Assembly: GCA_022749845.1 (NCBI GenBank)
Contig: JAKIWX010000002.1
Location: 478-64,477 of the forward strand
Reading direction: 5' to 3'
Origin: Thermoplasmata archaeon
GTDB lineage: Archaea; Thermoplasmatota; Thermoplasmata; Lutacidiplasmatales; UBA184
DNA length: 64,000 nt
Position numbers and translations under genes: made by a program. This document shows, piece by piece, positions 17,836 through 27,358 of the stretch. The notes beneath the pieces were generated by a model that ran no database searches, was not told the DNA's origin, and saw only the letters and a list, made by a program, of their open reading frames with translations. Every line of letters starts with the position of its first letter. Position 1 is the first letter of the stretch.

Positions 17836-19229
17836 TCCCTCGGCTCATCGGGCATCGGGTGGATAAGTCCGGCGTCGGTGAGCGCCTTCGAGAGGGCGGC
17901 GGGCCGCGACATCCGCTCTCGGGCCTGGGCGAGGAACTCCTCGCGGGAGAACTTGCGGCGCGCGATGCCGAGCCGCACCGCCTCCGTGGCGACCGCGGCC
18001 GCCACGAACGGGAACACTTCCCGCTCCTCCATCGTGGGGAGGATGTGCTCGGGGGTGAGCCCCCGCTCGGCGGCGTGCCGCGCGAGCTCCTTCGCCGCCG
18101 CGAGCACGATCTCGTCGGGGATGCGGCTGGCGCGGGCGTCGAGGACGCCGCGGAAGACGGCCGGGAACACGAGGGAGTTGTTCACCTGGTTCGGGAAATC
18201 CCCGCGTCCCGTCGCGACGATCGCGGCGCCCGCCTCCCGCGCCGTCGCGGGCCAGATCTCGGGGACGGGGTTCGCGAGGGCGAAGACGATCGGCCGCGCC
18301 CGCATCGAGCGTACCATCTCGGGCTTCACGGTGTTCGGGTCCGGCGTGGAGGCCGCGATGAGCACGTCGGCGTCGACGAGCGCGTCGGAGAGGGAGCCCC
18401 TCCGCCCGCCGCCGAGCGTCTGGAGCGCGAGCTTGTACTTCCATCGGTTGCGCAACATGAGCTCGTCGAGGTCCTCACGGTCGGCGTCGAGGATCCCCTT
18501 GTGGTCTACCACCGTGAGCCGGTGGGGGTCGTGCCCGAGGGTGACGAGGAGACGCGCGGTGACGAGGTTCGCGGCACCCGCGCCGAGGAGGACGGTGCGT
18601 ACCTCCCCGAGCGCACGGTCGGTGAGCGTCAGGGCGTTCAGCAGTCCCGCGACGGTCGCCGCCGCCGTTCCGAGCTGGTCGTCGTGCCAGACGGGGATGG
18701 GGAGCCGGCGGGCGAGCTCTTCGAGGACGTGGAAGCACTTCGGCGAGGCGATGTCCTCGAGGTTGATCCCGCCGAAAGCGGGGGCGAGCCGCATCACCGT
18801 CTCCACGAGCTCCTCCGCGGAGCCGACCGCGACCGGGAGCGGGACTGCGTTCACCCCTCCGAGCGTGCGGAAGAGGAGCGCCTTCCCCTCCATCACCGGC
18901 ATCGCCGCCTCGGGGCCGATGTCCCCGAGGCCGAGGACGCGGCTCCCGTCGGTCACGATCGCGATGGTGTTCCAGCGGCCCGTGAGCTCGAAGGAGAGCT
19001 CGGGCTCCTGGCGGATCTCCTCCGAGACCGCGGCGATGCCGGGCGTGTACCAGACGGCGAAATCCTCGAGGCTCCGGACCGGGACCGACGGGACCGTCTC
19101 GAACTTGCCGTGGTAGAACCGCGCGAGCCGCACGGCCCGGCGTCCGAGCTCCACCGTCTGGTTCGCCTCCGCCTCGGCGGAGGAGGGGTCGACCGCATCG
19201 GGGGGGGAGGACCGGGCTACGTCTCCCAT
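17832..19229 (-). CDS. NAD(P)-dependent malic enzyme
   Basis: YTPGIAAVSEEI, IAIVTDGSRVLGLGDIGPEAAMPVMEGKALLF, Rossmann LLGAGAA, ATGRGDFPNQVNNSLVFP. Confidence 0.9.
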   Translation of the reverse strand: MGDVARSSPPDAVDPSSAEAEANQTVELGRRAVRLARFYHGKFETVPSVPVRSLEDFAVWYTPGIAAVSEEIRQEPELSFELTGRWNTIAIVTDGSRVLGLGDIGPEAAMPVMEGKALLFRTLGGVNAVPLPVAVGSAEELVETVMRLAPAFGGINLEDIASPKCFHVLEELARRLPIPVWHDDQLGTAAATVAGLLNALTLTDRALGEVRTVLLGAGAANLVTARLLVTLGHDPHRLTVVDHKGILDADREDLDELMLRNRWKYKLALQTLGGGRRGSLSDALVDADVLIAASTPDPNTVKPEMVRSMRARPIVFALANPVPEIWPATAREAGAAIVATGRGDFPNQVNNSLVFPAVFRGVLDARASRIPDEIVLAAAKELARHAAERGLTPEHILPTMEEREVFPFVAAAVATEAVRLGIARRKFSREEFLAQARERMSRPAALSKALTDAGLIHPMPDEPRE

Positions 19230-19380
19230 CTAGGGCGGCGAAAAGCGCCGATATCGGACTTAACGATTTGCCCGGAAACGAAGGGGGAGTTCGGCGATCG
19301 ACGAACTCCTGGGCGCGCCGGGACACCGCGGGGTGCGCCCATCCGGAGGGAGATAAGGTCCGGCTCGTACCCTCCCCTCG

Positions 19381-20463
19381 ATGGCCTCCGGCGGTGAACC
19401 GCCCCACCCGTTTCCGCGGCCGGTGGATACGGGAGGATCCGAACGCATCCGTTCCGAAGAGCTCCAGCGGAGACTCGCCGGAAGCGCCCCTCCGATTCTC
19501 CTCGACGTCCGGCCGGCCGCGGAGCGAGCGTATGCGAGGATCGAGGGGGATCGCGCGATCCCGTTCGCCGAGCTCCCCGCTCGGCTCGACGAGTTGCCGC
19601 GGGACCGCCGAATCGTCGCCTACGGCCACTTCGGCGAGGAGGGAGCGCGCGCCGCGAAGTTGCTCCGTGCGTCCGGTTTCCCGGACGCGGCCTCGCTCGA
19701 GGGCGGCATCGAGGAGTACGCCCGCCTCGTGGCCCCGGAGCTCGGCCGCTACGCCGGGCCCGACACGGAGAACGGCCTCCTCCTGCTCCAGCTGCCGCGA
19801 GCTGCGACCGGTTGCCTCGCCTACCTCCTTGGCGACGTCGACGAGAAGGTCGCCGTCATCCTCGACCCCGGGGCGGAGCCCGAGCCGTATCTAGCAACGC
19901 TCGCCGCCCGCGGCTGGCGCCTCGGCGCGATCGTGGAGACGCACACGCACGCGGACCACCGCGCCGGGCACGCCGCCCTCGCGGCGCGAACCGGCGCCCC
20001 GATCTTTCTCTCGCAGCGCTCCCCGGCGGCGTATCCGCATCGCAGCTTGAGCGAGGGCGAGGAGATCCTCTTCGGCGCCCACTCGCTCCGGGTCCTCGAG
20101 ACCCCGGGCCACACCCGCGACCACCTCTCCCTACGGGTTGCGGACAAGGTGTTCACGGGCGACACCCTGCTCATCGGCTCCTGCGGCCGCACCGACCTCG
20201 CGGACGGGGACCCGGAGCTCCTCTGGGAGAGCCTGCGCACGAAGCTCCTGGCCCTGCCCGATGGGACCGAGGTGCTTCCGGCCCACTTCGGAGCGCGGCA
20301 CGCGCTCGTCGACCGGTACGTCTCCACCATCGGCCTCGAACGCCGAACGAACGAGGCGCTCCTCCTCACCTCGCGCGAGGGGTTCCTCGCGTACATGCGG
20401 GAAGGATGGCCGCCGAAGCCCGCCGAGTTCGACCGTATCGTAGGGGAGAATCTCGCCGGCTAG
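19381..20463 (+). CDS. Rhodanese-like domain fused to an MBL-fold metallo-hydrolase (persulfide dioxygenase-like)
   Basis: N-terminal rhodanese fold (LLDVRPAAERAYARIEG...). The usual active-site Cys position reads VAYGHFGEEGARAA, with no Cys. MBL motif ETHTHADHRAGH, then TPGHT and the C-terminal domain. Confidence 0.8.
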   Translation: MASGGEPPHPFPRPVDTGGSERIRSEELQRRLAGSAPPILLDVRPAAERAYARIEGDRAIPFAELPARLDELPRDRRIVAYGHFGEEGARAAKLLRASGFPDAASLEGGIEEYARLVAPELGRYAGPDTENGLLLLQLPRAATGCLAYLLGDVDEKVAVILDPGAEPEPYLATLAARGWRLGAIVETHTHADHRAGHAALAARTGAPIFLSQRSPAAYPHRSLSEGEEILFGAHSLRVLETPGHTRDHLSLRVADKVFTGDTLLIGSCGRTDLADGDPELLWESLRTKLLALPDGTEVLPAHFGARHALVDRYVSTIGLERRTNEALLLTSREGFLAYMREGWPPKPAEFDRIVGENLAG

Positions 20464-20547
20464 TCGGCCGGTTGTCGCCGGCGCAACTCGATTTCTTCGC
20501 CCGCCGGCGGCGACACGGTTAAGGCCCGAATCCGCTCGCGCGCCTCC

Positions 20548-21525
20548 GTGGAAGTGTCGGCGAGCCTCACGGGCTCCTTCCCCCGGCCCGAGAGCGTGGT
20601 CGCGCTCACCCGCGACCTCGACCGCGGTCGGGCGACGCCCGAACAGGTGGAGGCGGGCTACCGCTCCGCCGAAGCGGACGTGCTCCGTATCGAGACCGAG
20701 AACCACCTCTCCCCTCGGACCGGCGGCTATCTCCGCTGGCCGGACCTCTTCCGCCCGTTCGCCACGAGCTGGCCCGGCTTCGAGGTGGGACCGATCACAC
20801 GCTGGTTCGAGACGAACACCTTCTACCGGCAACCTATCCTGAAGCACCCGCCCGAACGGACACCGGGTGCCCTCGCCCGTTGGCTCCCGGCAGCAAACGG
20901 AGCGCTCCCTGCCGCCGAGGCGCGGGCCGTTCTCCCGGGCCCGTACACGTTCGCGGGGCTGCTCGACAACGAGTCCGGCGAGACGTTCCCCTCGCTCGTC
21001 TACCGGATCGGTCGGCTGCTCGCGGAGGAGCTGCGAGAGTTGCGTACGCTCGGGTACGCCAACTTCCAATTCCAGGAACCGCTCCTCGTCGTCCGACCTC
21101 CCGAAGGGCCCGCTGCGGAGAGCGTGCGCGCGGCGTACACGGCCCTCGGCGAGGCCGCCGGACCGGCCGACACCGCCCTTTGGACCTTCTTCGGCGACGC
21201 CTCCCCGGTCTTCCCGCTCCTCTCCTCGCTCCCCATGGGCCTCGTCGGGATCGACCTCGCCGAGACCGTTCCCGAAGAGCTTCCCGTCCCCGCTTCCCCG
21301 CGCGGGCTCGGCTTCGGTTGCATCGACCCTCGCACGACGCTCCTCGAGGACCCGGTGGAACTCGTCCGGCTCGTGCAGGCAACCGTGGGTCGGCTCAAGC
21401 CGACGCGGGTACACTTGGGTCCCGGCGCGCCGCTCGACCTGCTCCCGTATGCACCTGCGACCCGCAAGCTCGGCGTGCTCGCCGCCGCCCGCGACCGGCT
21501 CGGCCGCGGGGGAGAGGGCTCGTGA
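20548..21525 (+). CDS. Cobalamin-independent methionine synthase N-terminal-domain-like protein (split MetE, part 1)
   Basis: TRWFETNTFYRQPIL resembles the MetE TKWFDTNYHY block. UROD/MetE-like barrel segments present. Translationally coupled to the next gene. Confidence 0.65.
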   Translation: MEVSASLTGSFPRPESVVALTRDLDRGRATPEQVEAGYRSAEADVLRIETENHLSPRTGGYLRWPDLFRPFATSWPGFEVGPITRWFETNTFYRQPILKHPPERTPGALARWLPAANGALPAAEARAVLPGPYTFAGLLDNESGETFPSLVYRIGRLLAEELRELRTLGYANFQFQEPLLVVRPPEGPAAESVRAAYTALGEAAGPADTALWTFFGDASPVFPLLSSLPMGLVGIDLAETVPEELPVPASPRGLGFGCIDPRTTLLEDPVELVRLVQATVGRLKPTRVHLGPGAPLDLLPYAPATRKLGVLAAARDRLGRGGEGS

Positions 21526-22664
21526 CGCGCCCGCTCTTCCCGAGCCAGGAGATCGGCTCGCTCGCCCGGCCCCGCTGGCAGCTCCTCGGTCAACGCGGGG
21601 CACTGCTCGACGCGCGCGCCCGAACCGAGCTCACGAGCTGGAACGAGCGGATCCACTTCCTTCCCTCCGAGGACCCCGCGCTCAAGCTTCTGCTCTCCGA
21701 ACGATCCACCGAGGTCCCGGCGGCGACGGTCCGCGACTGGGGCTCCCTCTTCGGCCTTCGCTACCTCGAGGCGCTCGGGCTCGACAGGGTGTACGACGGG
21801 GAGGCCCGGCGCGTGGAGATGTACGAGGCGGCGGTGCGCCACATGGAGGGGTTCACCTTCGAGGGCCACGTGCGCTCCTTCGACCAGAAGTACTACCTCA
21901 AAGCCGCGGCGACCGGCCCGGTGGGTCTCACCGCGCCCTACCACCTCGAGGAGTTCCGCTTCCTGAAGGGCCTCGCCAAGCAGGAGCTCAAGCTCCCCGT
22001 GACCGGCCCGTACACGATCGCCGATTGGTCGTTCAACGAACATTACCTCGGGCGCCGCCCCGGGTGGAAGCACCGCGCAGCGCGACGGGAGGCGCAGCGG
22101 GAGTTCGTCGAGGCGGTCGCACGGAACGCGATACGACCCACGCTGAAGGCGCTCGTCGCCGCCGGCTGCCGGGTCGTCCAGATCGACGAGCCGGCCGCCG
22201 GGACGCACCCCGACGAGGCGGAGCTCGTCGCGGCGGGGTTCAACGCGGCGACGGAGGGGATCGACGCCGAGTTCTCGATGCACATCTGCTTCTCCGACTA
22301 CCGGTCGCTGTTCCCCGCGCTCCTCGAGGCGAAGCGGTGCTCGCAATGGGCGCTCGAGTTCGCGAACCGGGACACCGCCGACCACGACGCGTACGCGGAG
22401 CTCGAGCTCCTGAACGAGTACGGCGACCACCGCGCGGTGGGGCTCGGCGTGCTCGACGTGCACCGCGACGCGGTCGAGACCCCCGAGGTGGTCCGCGACC
22501 GTATCCTACGCGCGGCGAAGGTGCTCGGCGACCCCTCGCGCCTGTGGGTGAATCCCGACTGCGGCCTGCGCACCCGTTCCCTCGAGGTCGCCTGGCAGAA
22601 GCTCACGAGCCTCGGCCAAGGGGCGCGGCTCGCCCGGGCGGAGATCGCCGGTTCCGCGAGCTAG
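21522..22664 (+). CDS. metE: Cobalamin-independent methionine synthase catalytic-domain protein (split MetE, part 2)
   Basis: GTG 21522 overlaps the upstream TGA (GTGA). IGSLARP, VTGPYT, QIDEPA, zinc-ligand contexts MHICFSDY and VNPDCGLRT. Confidence 0.8.
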   Translation: MTRPLFPSQEIGSLARPRWQLLGQRGALLDARARTELTSWNERIHFLPSEDPALKLLLSERSTEVPAATVRDWGSLFGLRYLEALGLDRVYDGEARRVEMYEAAVRHMEGFTFEGHVRSFDQKYYLKAAATGPVGLTAPYHLEEFRFLKGLAKQELKLPVTGPYTIADWSFNEHYLGRRPGWKHRAARREAQREFVEAVARNAIRPTLKALVAAGCRVVQIDEPAAGTHPDEAELVAAGFNAATEGIDAEFSMHICFSDYRSLFPALLEAKRCSQWALEFANRDTADHDAYAELELLNEYGDHRAVGLGVLDVHRDAVETPEVVRDRILRAAKVLGDPSRLWVNPDCGLRTRSLEVAWQKLTSLGQGARLARAEIAGSAS

Positions 22665-23545
22665 TCCGGCAGCGCCGTCAGGCGCTCGGGCCCGTGCTTG
22701 CCGACGAGCACCGTGTGCTCCATCTGGGCGACGACGCCCCCGCCCGCCTCCTCGAAGATGGGGTAGGTCTGCAGGAGCCGGCGCGCGTGCCGCAGACGCT
22801 CGCGGTCCTCGGCGTCCTCGACCCAACGCAGCGTGAACGGCAGCGTGCGGAACCGCCGGAACAACCGTCCGAGCTCGGGCTCCCCCGGGCCCGGGTCCTC
22901 TCGGAAGCGCACGATATTGCCGAACGGGCCGTTCTGGATGCGTCCGGCCCCGTTCGTCACGAACGGCTCGACGGCGACCACCTCGCCCTCCTCGAGCGTG
23001 GCCCCCGAGAGCCCGCCGACGTTCGGGATCGACTTGCCCGCGTGCAGGAGGTACCGCTCGATCGTGTGCCCGCTCAGGTCGCGCACCGGCTTGAGTCCGT
23101 GGCGATGCACGGCACTCTCGATCGCCCGGCCGATCTCGTCGACGCTCACGCCGGGCCGGATCTGGGCGATGCCGGCGGCGAGCGCCTCCTCGACGGCCCG
23201 ACGGAGGAGGGCGTACCGCTGTCCGCCCCCGACCTCGACGGTCGCCGCCGTGTCGGCGATCGCGCCGTCCAGGTGGGCGCCGACGTCCACCTTGAGGAGG
23301 TCGCCGGCCACGAGCCGCTCCGTGTCCTCCCGCGACGGCGTGTAGTGCGCGGCTTCGACGTTCCGTGAGAGGTTCGCGGGGAAGGCGGGCTCCGCTCCCT
23401 TCGAGCGAATGTACGCCTCGATCCGGTCCGCGATCTCCTTGCGGCTCGCGCCGGGAACAGCGAGCGAGACCCCGAGCTCGCGGGCTTCGGCCGAGATGCG
23501 CGCCGCTTCCCGCCACCGATCGAGGTCCGGTGGGTAACGGGCCAT
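22661..23545 (-). CDS. map: Type 2 (archaeal/eukaryotic-like) methionine aminopeptidase
   Basis: MARYPPDLDRWREAARISAEAR..., metal-ligand contexts DLLKVDVGAHLDGAIADTA, SGHTIERY, VVAVEPF, AQMEHTV. ATG at 23543-23545. The 740-aa ORF-track reading is an artefactual 5' extension. Confidence 0.9.
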   Translation of the reverse strand: MARYPPDLDRWREAARISAEARELGVSLAVPGASRKEIADRIEAYIRSKGAEPAFPANLSRNVEAAHYTPSREDTERLVAGDLLKVDVGAHLDGAIADTAATVEVGGGQRYALLRRAVEEALAAGIAQIRPGVSVDEIGRAIESAVHRHGLKPVRDLSGHTIERYLLHAGKSIPNVGGLSGATLEEGEVVAVEPFVTNGAGRIQNGPFGNIVRFREDPGPGEPELGRLFRRFRTLPFTLRWVEDAEDRERLRHARRLLQTYPIFEEAGGGVVAQMEHTVLVGKHGPERLTALPD

Positions 23546-23550
23546 GGGAC

Positions 23551-24111
23551 TCAGCGCTCCCGGAGCCGCGGGCGACCGTCCGCGAGGTCGACGAGGGTCG
23601 ACGGGTGCCCGGAGGGCGCGGGCTCCCCGCCGAGGTACACGGAGACCGCGGCTCCGAGGGCCGCTCGTGCCTCGGCGAGGGTCCGGGCGGCTGGAGCGCC
23701 GTGACGGTTGGCCGAACTGGAGACGATGGGACCGGCCCGGCGAGCGAGTTCCCGGGCAACGGGGTGGTCGGGCAGTCGCAGGGCGATCCACCCTTCGGGG
23801 CCGAGGAGGAACGGGTAGCGACGGCGAGCTTCGGCCGAGGGAGGGAGAAGCACGGTGAACGGACCCGGGAGCCAGTTCCGCAGGAAAGCTCGCATCGGCG
23901 GTGTTAGGCCCGCAAGCGATTCCATCTCCTCGAGCGAGGAGACCGCGAGCGAAACGGGCGCCCCTTTCGGCCGGGCCTTGGCAGCGAAGAGCCGTTCGAC
24001 GGCTCTCCGATCGCTCCCGCAGGCGCCGAGCCCCCAGAGGGTGTCGGTAGGGTAGACGACGAGACGGCCGGAGGCGAGGGCACGGACGGCCGCGTCCATC
24101 CCCTCGACCAT
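23551..24111 (-). CDS. tsaC: L-threonylcarbamoyladenylate synthase (YrdC/TsaC/Sua5 family)
   Basis: GRLVVYPTDTLWGLGA, KARPKGAPVSLAV, LPGPFTVLL, SSSANRHGAPA. Confidence 0.85.
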   Translation of the reverse strand: MVEGMDAAVRALASGRLVVYPTDTLWGLGACGSDRRAVERLFAAKARPKGAPVSLAVSSLEEMESLAGLTPPMRAFLRNWLPGPFTVLLPPSAEARRRYPFLLGPEGWIALRLPDHPVARELARRAGPIVSSSANRHGAPAARTLAEARAALGAAVSVYLGGEPAPSGHPSTLVDLADGRPRLRER

Positions 24112-24117
24112 CGGGCC

Positions 24118-24570
24118 CTACAGGAACTTCTCGTCGGAGCGGGTGTAGGCGAGGTAGTCCTCGGCGCGGAAGTAGAGGCCAAGCTCCCGCTCCGCCGACG
24201 CCGGGGAGTCCGAGGCGTGCACGAGGTTCGGGGTGATGGCGAGCCCGTAATCCCCGCGGATCGTGCCGGGGGCCGCGGTCTGAGGGTTCGTCGCGCCCGT
24301 CATGAGGCGCACGACAGCGATCGCCGTCCGTCCTTCGAGCGCGAGCACGGGGCCCGAGGTGATGTGCTGGACGAGTCCCGGATAGAACGGCTTGCCCTCG
24401 TGCTCGGCGTAGTGCCGGGCCGCGAGCTCGGGGGTGACCTGGAGGAGACGCGCGGCGACGACCTTGAGTCCCTTCGATTCGAACCGGTGCAGGATCGGGC
24501 CCATCAGCCCGCGCTTCACGCCGTCCGGCTTTACGAGTACCAGCGTGCGCTCGAGCGCGCCCTCCGCCAT
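24118..24570 (-). CDS. ndk: Nucleoside diphosphate kinase
   Basis: [42 protein letters not shown], active-site NLVHASDS. Confidence 0.95.
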   Translation of the reverse strand: MAEGALERTLVLVKPDGVKRGLMGPILHRFESKGLKVVAARLLQVTPELAARHYAEHEGKPFYPGLVQHITSGPVLALEGRTAIAVVRLMTGATNPQTAAPGTIRGDYGLAITPNLVHASDSPASAERELGLYFRAEDYLAYTRSDEKFL

Positions 24571-24641
24571 GCGCCCCGAGCCCCCCCCGTTGACAAAACG
24601 TTACCGGCCGGCCTTTTCTCCCGCGCGTTTCTCGGGACCGC

Positions 24642-25406
24642 ATGGCCGTCCTCCCTGTCGCTGCGGAGGGGTTCACCGCCGCGGTCGCAGAGTACGAGCG
24701 GGCGCGTCCAGGGTACCCGCCGGTAGCGGTCCGTCGCCTGCTCGAGGAGCTCGAGCTCTCATCCGGCGCACGCGTGCTCGAGCTCGCCGCCGGCACCGGA
24801 AAGTTCACCGCCGCACTTCTCGGGGCCGGGCTCACCCCCGTGGCCGTCGAGCCTCTCGTACGGTTCCGCGCGCCGCTCCGCACGAAGTTCCCCCGCGTGC
24901 CCCTCGTCGCCGCGCTCGCCGAGCGTCTCCCGTTCCGCGCGGGAGTCTACGACGCGGTGTTCGCCGCCCAGGCGTTCCACTGGTTCGACCCTGCCCGCGC
25001 CCTCCCCGAGCTCCGACGGGTGCTCAAGCGTGGAGGCGGGCTCGGCCTCCTCTGGAACGTACGCGACGACGCGCATCCGGTGTTCGCGGGGATGTCCCGC
25101 CTCCTCGATGAGGTGAACCCGGGCGTCCCGAGCCATCGCGAGCCGCGGTGGCGGCGAGCGCTCGAGGAGGACCCTGGGTTTGCTCCCCTGCGAGAGTTCC
25201 ACCTGGGCTTCCGGCGCGAGAGCGATCTCCAGGACCCCGTCGACCGCGTCGCCTCGGTGAGTTTCGTCGCCACCCTCCCGGCGAGCGAGAAGGAAGCCCT
25301 TCTCGCCCGCGTCCGCTCGCTCGGGCTGTCGGACCCCGAGCTCGCCCGGACCGGTCGGGTCGAACTCCCGTACCACACGGATGTCTACTGGACCCGCACG
25401 AGGTAG
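24642..25406 (+). CDS. Class I SAM-dependent methyltransferase
   Basis: Motif I VLELAAGTGKFT; post-I and motif-III-like AQAFHWFD...RVLKRGGGLGLLWN. Confidence 0.8.
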   Translation: MAVLPVAAEGFTAAVAEYERARPGYPPVAVRRLLEELELSSGARVLELAAGTGKFTAALLGAGLTPVAVEPLVRFRAPLRTKFPRVPLVAALAERLPFRAGVYDAVFAAQAFHWFDPARALPELRRVLKRGGGLGLLWNVRDDAHPVFAGMSRLLDEVNPGVPSHREPRWRRALEEDPGFAPLREFHLGFRRESDLQDPVDRVASVSFVATLPASEKEALLARVRSLGLSDPELARTGRVELPYHTDVYWTRTR

Positions 25407-25413
25407 ACCACGG

Positions 25414-25926
25414 CTACGCGAGGCTAACGTCGCAGCCCGAGCGGAACCGGCACTTCCCGCAGCGCGCGGGGCTCGGCGTCGCGCGTCCGTCGTACCTCAG
25501 CGCGACCTCCTCCCGGACGCGCGCGAGCTCGGCCCGCGCAGCGCGGTCCCACGGAAGGTCGAACTCCACCCCGTCGCCGTACCGAAGCCGGCCGAACGGG
25601 GGCGCGCGGCCGGTCGTCTCCTCGACGAGGAGGCAGTACGCCCAGAGCTGGATCCGGTGGGACCTAGGCGGACCGCCCCTCGGGGCCCGCCGGCTCTTCC
25701 ATTCGATGGGAACCCAGCGTCCGTCCTCGAGCTCGCGCAGCTCGTCCGGCCTACCCGCGAGCCGCCAGCGCTCCGACCGGAGGACCGGGCCGGGCTGACC
25801 CGGCAGGTCGACCGAGCGGAGCCGCCCGGGTCCCCGTGTCGAGCCGCGAAGGAGAATCCAAACGAGGAGGGCGAGCCCCGCGAGGACGAGGAGCACGGCG
25901 AGCAGGGGGAGGAGGTCGCCGCTCAC
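25414..25926 (-). CDS. Cas4-like PD-(D/E)xK nuclease, C-terminal part, with N-terminal TM helix
   Basis: TM LLPLLAVLLVLAGLALLVWILL. Nuclease core GRPDEL...VPIEWKS, QLWAYCLLVEE, and C-terminal Cys triad CGKCRFRSGC (Cas4/DUF83 Fe-S pattern). GTG start overlaps the upstream TGA. Confidence 0.6.
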   Translation of the reverse strand: MSGDLLPLLAVLLVLAGLALLVWILLRGSTRGPGRLRSVDLPGQPGPVLRSERWRLAGRPDELRELEDGRWVPIEWKSRRAPRGGPPRSHRIQLWAYCLLVEETTGRAPPFGRLRYGDGVEFDLPWDRAARAELARVREEVALRYDGRATPSPARCGKCRFRSGCDVSLA

Positions 25927-26204
25927 ACGACCCCGAGCAAGTAGAGGAGGAGCAGGGCGCCCGCCAGGAACAGGAGCACGCCGAGCCCGGCAATCCCGGG
26001 GCTGCTGTGCTCTCGGGACTGCTCGCGGGAGAGGGCGCGTGCATGGAACTCGAGCCCGTACCGCTCGCGCTCAAGATCCTCGCTACTCGGCGCGGACGCG
26101 GGTGGGTGGGCGCGGTAGTGCCATGCGCGGGGACAGAACGCGTACTCGCCGAGCTCCGCCGCCGTCGCCCACGCCGGGCCGCGGGGAGGAGTTCGTTGCC
26201 CCAT
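25923..26204 (-). CDS. Cas4-like nuclease, N-terminal part, with C-terminal TM helix
   Basis: ELGEYAFCPRAWHY (the first Cas4 cluster Cys context), GLEFH, then TM GIAGLGVLLFLAGALLLLYLLGVV. Stop TGA overlaps the GTG of 25414..25926. Confidence 0.5.
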   Translation of the reverse strand: MGQRTPPRGPAWATAAELGEYAFCPRAWHYRAHPPASAPSSEDLERERYGLEFHARALSREQSREHSSPGIAGLGVLLFLAGALLLLYLLGVV

Positions 26205-26264
26205 CGGGGCAGGAGCCGGGGCGAGCGATTAGTAGCTTACCGCGGAGCGGAACCGTGAGGAGCG

Positions 26265-26678
26265 CTACGGGGGAGTCGGAGTCCCGGAGGCGGCGCCCTT
26301 CCGGCGTCCGCCCTTGCCGCTAGTGCTCTTGGGGGCGCTCTCCCCGCTCTCGCTCCCGGAGGAGGCAGGGGTCGACGGCGCGGAACTCTCCGTCTTCTTG
26401 GAGGATTTCGAGCCGCCCGCCGCGGTCGGGGCAGGCCCCTTCGGTCCGCGGCCGGCTTCCGCGGGCGCGGGTCGCGCCTGGGCGTGGGCCGCCGCTCGCT
26501 TCACCGCGTGGGCGTGGGTCCACTTCACGCGGTGGCCCACCCGCCCGAGGTGGAGCTGCTGCTTCCGGCAGGAGGAGGAGCAGAAGTGGAACACCGAGCC
26601 GTCCTTCTTCACGAACATGAGCCCCGTGCCGGGCTCGATCTCCCCCGCGCAGAAGGAGCACTGCCGCTTGAGTACCAT
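26265..26678 (-). CDS. rpl24e: 50S ribosomal protein L24e with long low-complexity C-terminal extension
   Basis: Zinc-ribbon core CSFCAGEIEPGTGLMFVKKDGSVFHFCSSSCRK, then about 80 aa of A/S/G/P/K-rich tail. Confidence 0.85.
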   Translation of the reverse strand: MVLKRQCSFCAGEIEPGTGLMFVKKDGSVFHFCSSSCRKQQLHLGRVGHRVKWTHAHAVKRAAAHAQARPAPAEAGRGPKGPAPTAAGGSKSSKKTESSAPSTPASSGSESGESAPKSTSGKGGRRKGAASGTPTPP

Positions 26679-26683
26679 GTTGC

Positions 26684-26896
26684 CTACCGCACCGAGAGCT
26701 TGCGCGCCTCGCGGGCCGTTTCGCGCAGCAGGAGAACGTCCCCCACGCGAATCGGTCCCGTCACGTTCCGCGTGATGATCTTGCCCCGGTCCCGGCCCGC
26801 GAGCACGCGGACCTTGACCTGCGTCGCCTCGCCGGCCATCCCGGTCCGGCCGATGAGCTCGACCACCTCGGCAGGCGAGCCCTTCTCCTCGGCCAT
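26684..26896 (-). CDS. rps28e: 30S ribosomal protein S28e
   Basis: [24 protein letters not shown]...[34 protein letters not shown]. Confidence 0.95.
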   Translation of the reverse strand: MAEEKGSPAEVVELIGRTGMAGEATQVKVRVLAGRDRGKIITRNVTGPIRVGDVLLLRETAREARKLSVR

Positions 26897-26913
26897 GACC
26901 CGACTCCGGGGGC

Positions 26914-27285
26914 CTACGCCTTCAGTAGGGCGGCGGCCTGGGCGATCTCTTCGAGCAGTCCCTTCGCCTCGCCCGGCTCGACGATCGCCACGCTCGCCGC
27001 GCTCTTCGTGAGCCCGGCGCTCGCGCCCAACCGCTGCTTCTTCGGGACGTAGACGTACGGGATGTGCTTCTCCTCGCAGAGCATCGGCACGTGGACCAGG
27101 ATCTCGACCGGGTCGACGTCCTCCGCCATGACGACGAGCTTCGCTTCCCCGCGCTCGCTCGACTTCGTGACCTCGTTCGTGCCCACGCGGACCTTCCCGG
27201 TCTCCTGGGCGACCTGGACGAGCTGGAGTGCCTTGTCGGCGAGTTCGGCGGGGGTCTCGAACCGGATATAGATCGCGCGCGCCAT
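26914..27285 (-). CDS. rpl7ae: 50S ribosomal protein L7Ae (K-turn binding)
   Basis: [51 protein letters not shown]. Confidence 0.95.
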   Translation of the reverse strand: MARAIYIRFETPAELADKALQLVQVAQETGKVRVGTNEVTKSSERGEAKLVVMAEDVDPVEILVHVPMLCEEKHIPYVYVPKKQRLGASAGLTKSAASVAIVEPGEAKGLLEEIAQAAALLKA

Positions 27286-27358
27286 TGTTTCCTCGCGTCA
27301 GCGGGCCCGTTTCCGGGTCCTCAGCTCACGGGTGAGGGCGGGCTACGGCCGCTCCTAT

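Noticed and set aside
22661-24883. 740-aa minus ORF spanning map, tsaC and ndk territory; likewise 27359-29644 (761 aa), 9324-10325, 31774-33609 and 42798-45623 as printed in the track
   Set aside because: Only the 3' portions carry the conserved proteins (Map, TyrRS, SodN, OppC, ATPase). Internal ATG or GTG starts fit promoter spacing and neighbouring gene ends. The 5' extensions overlap other well-supported genes.
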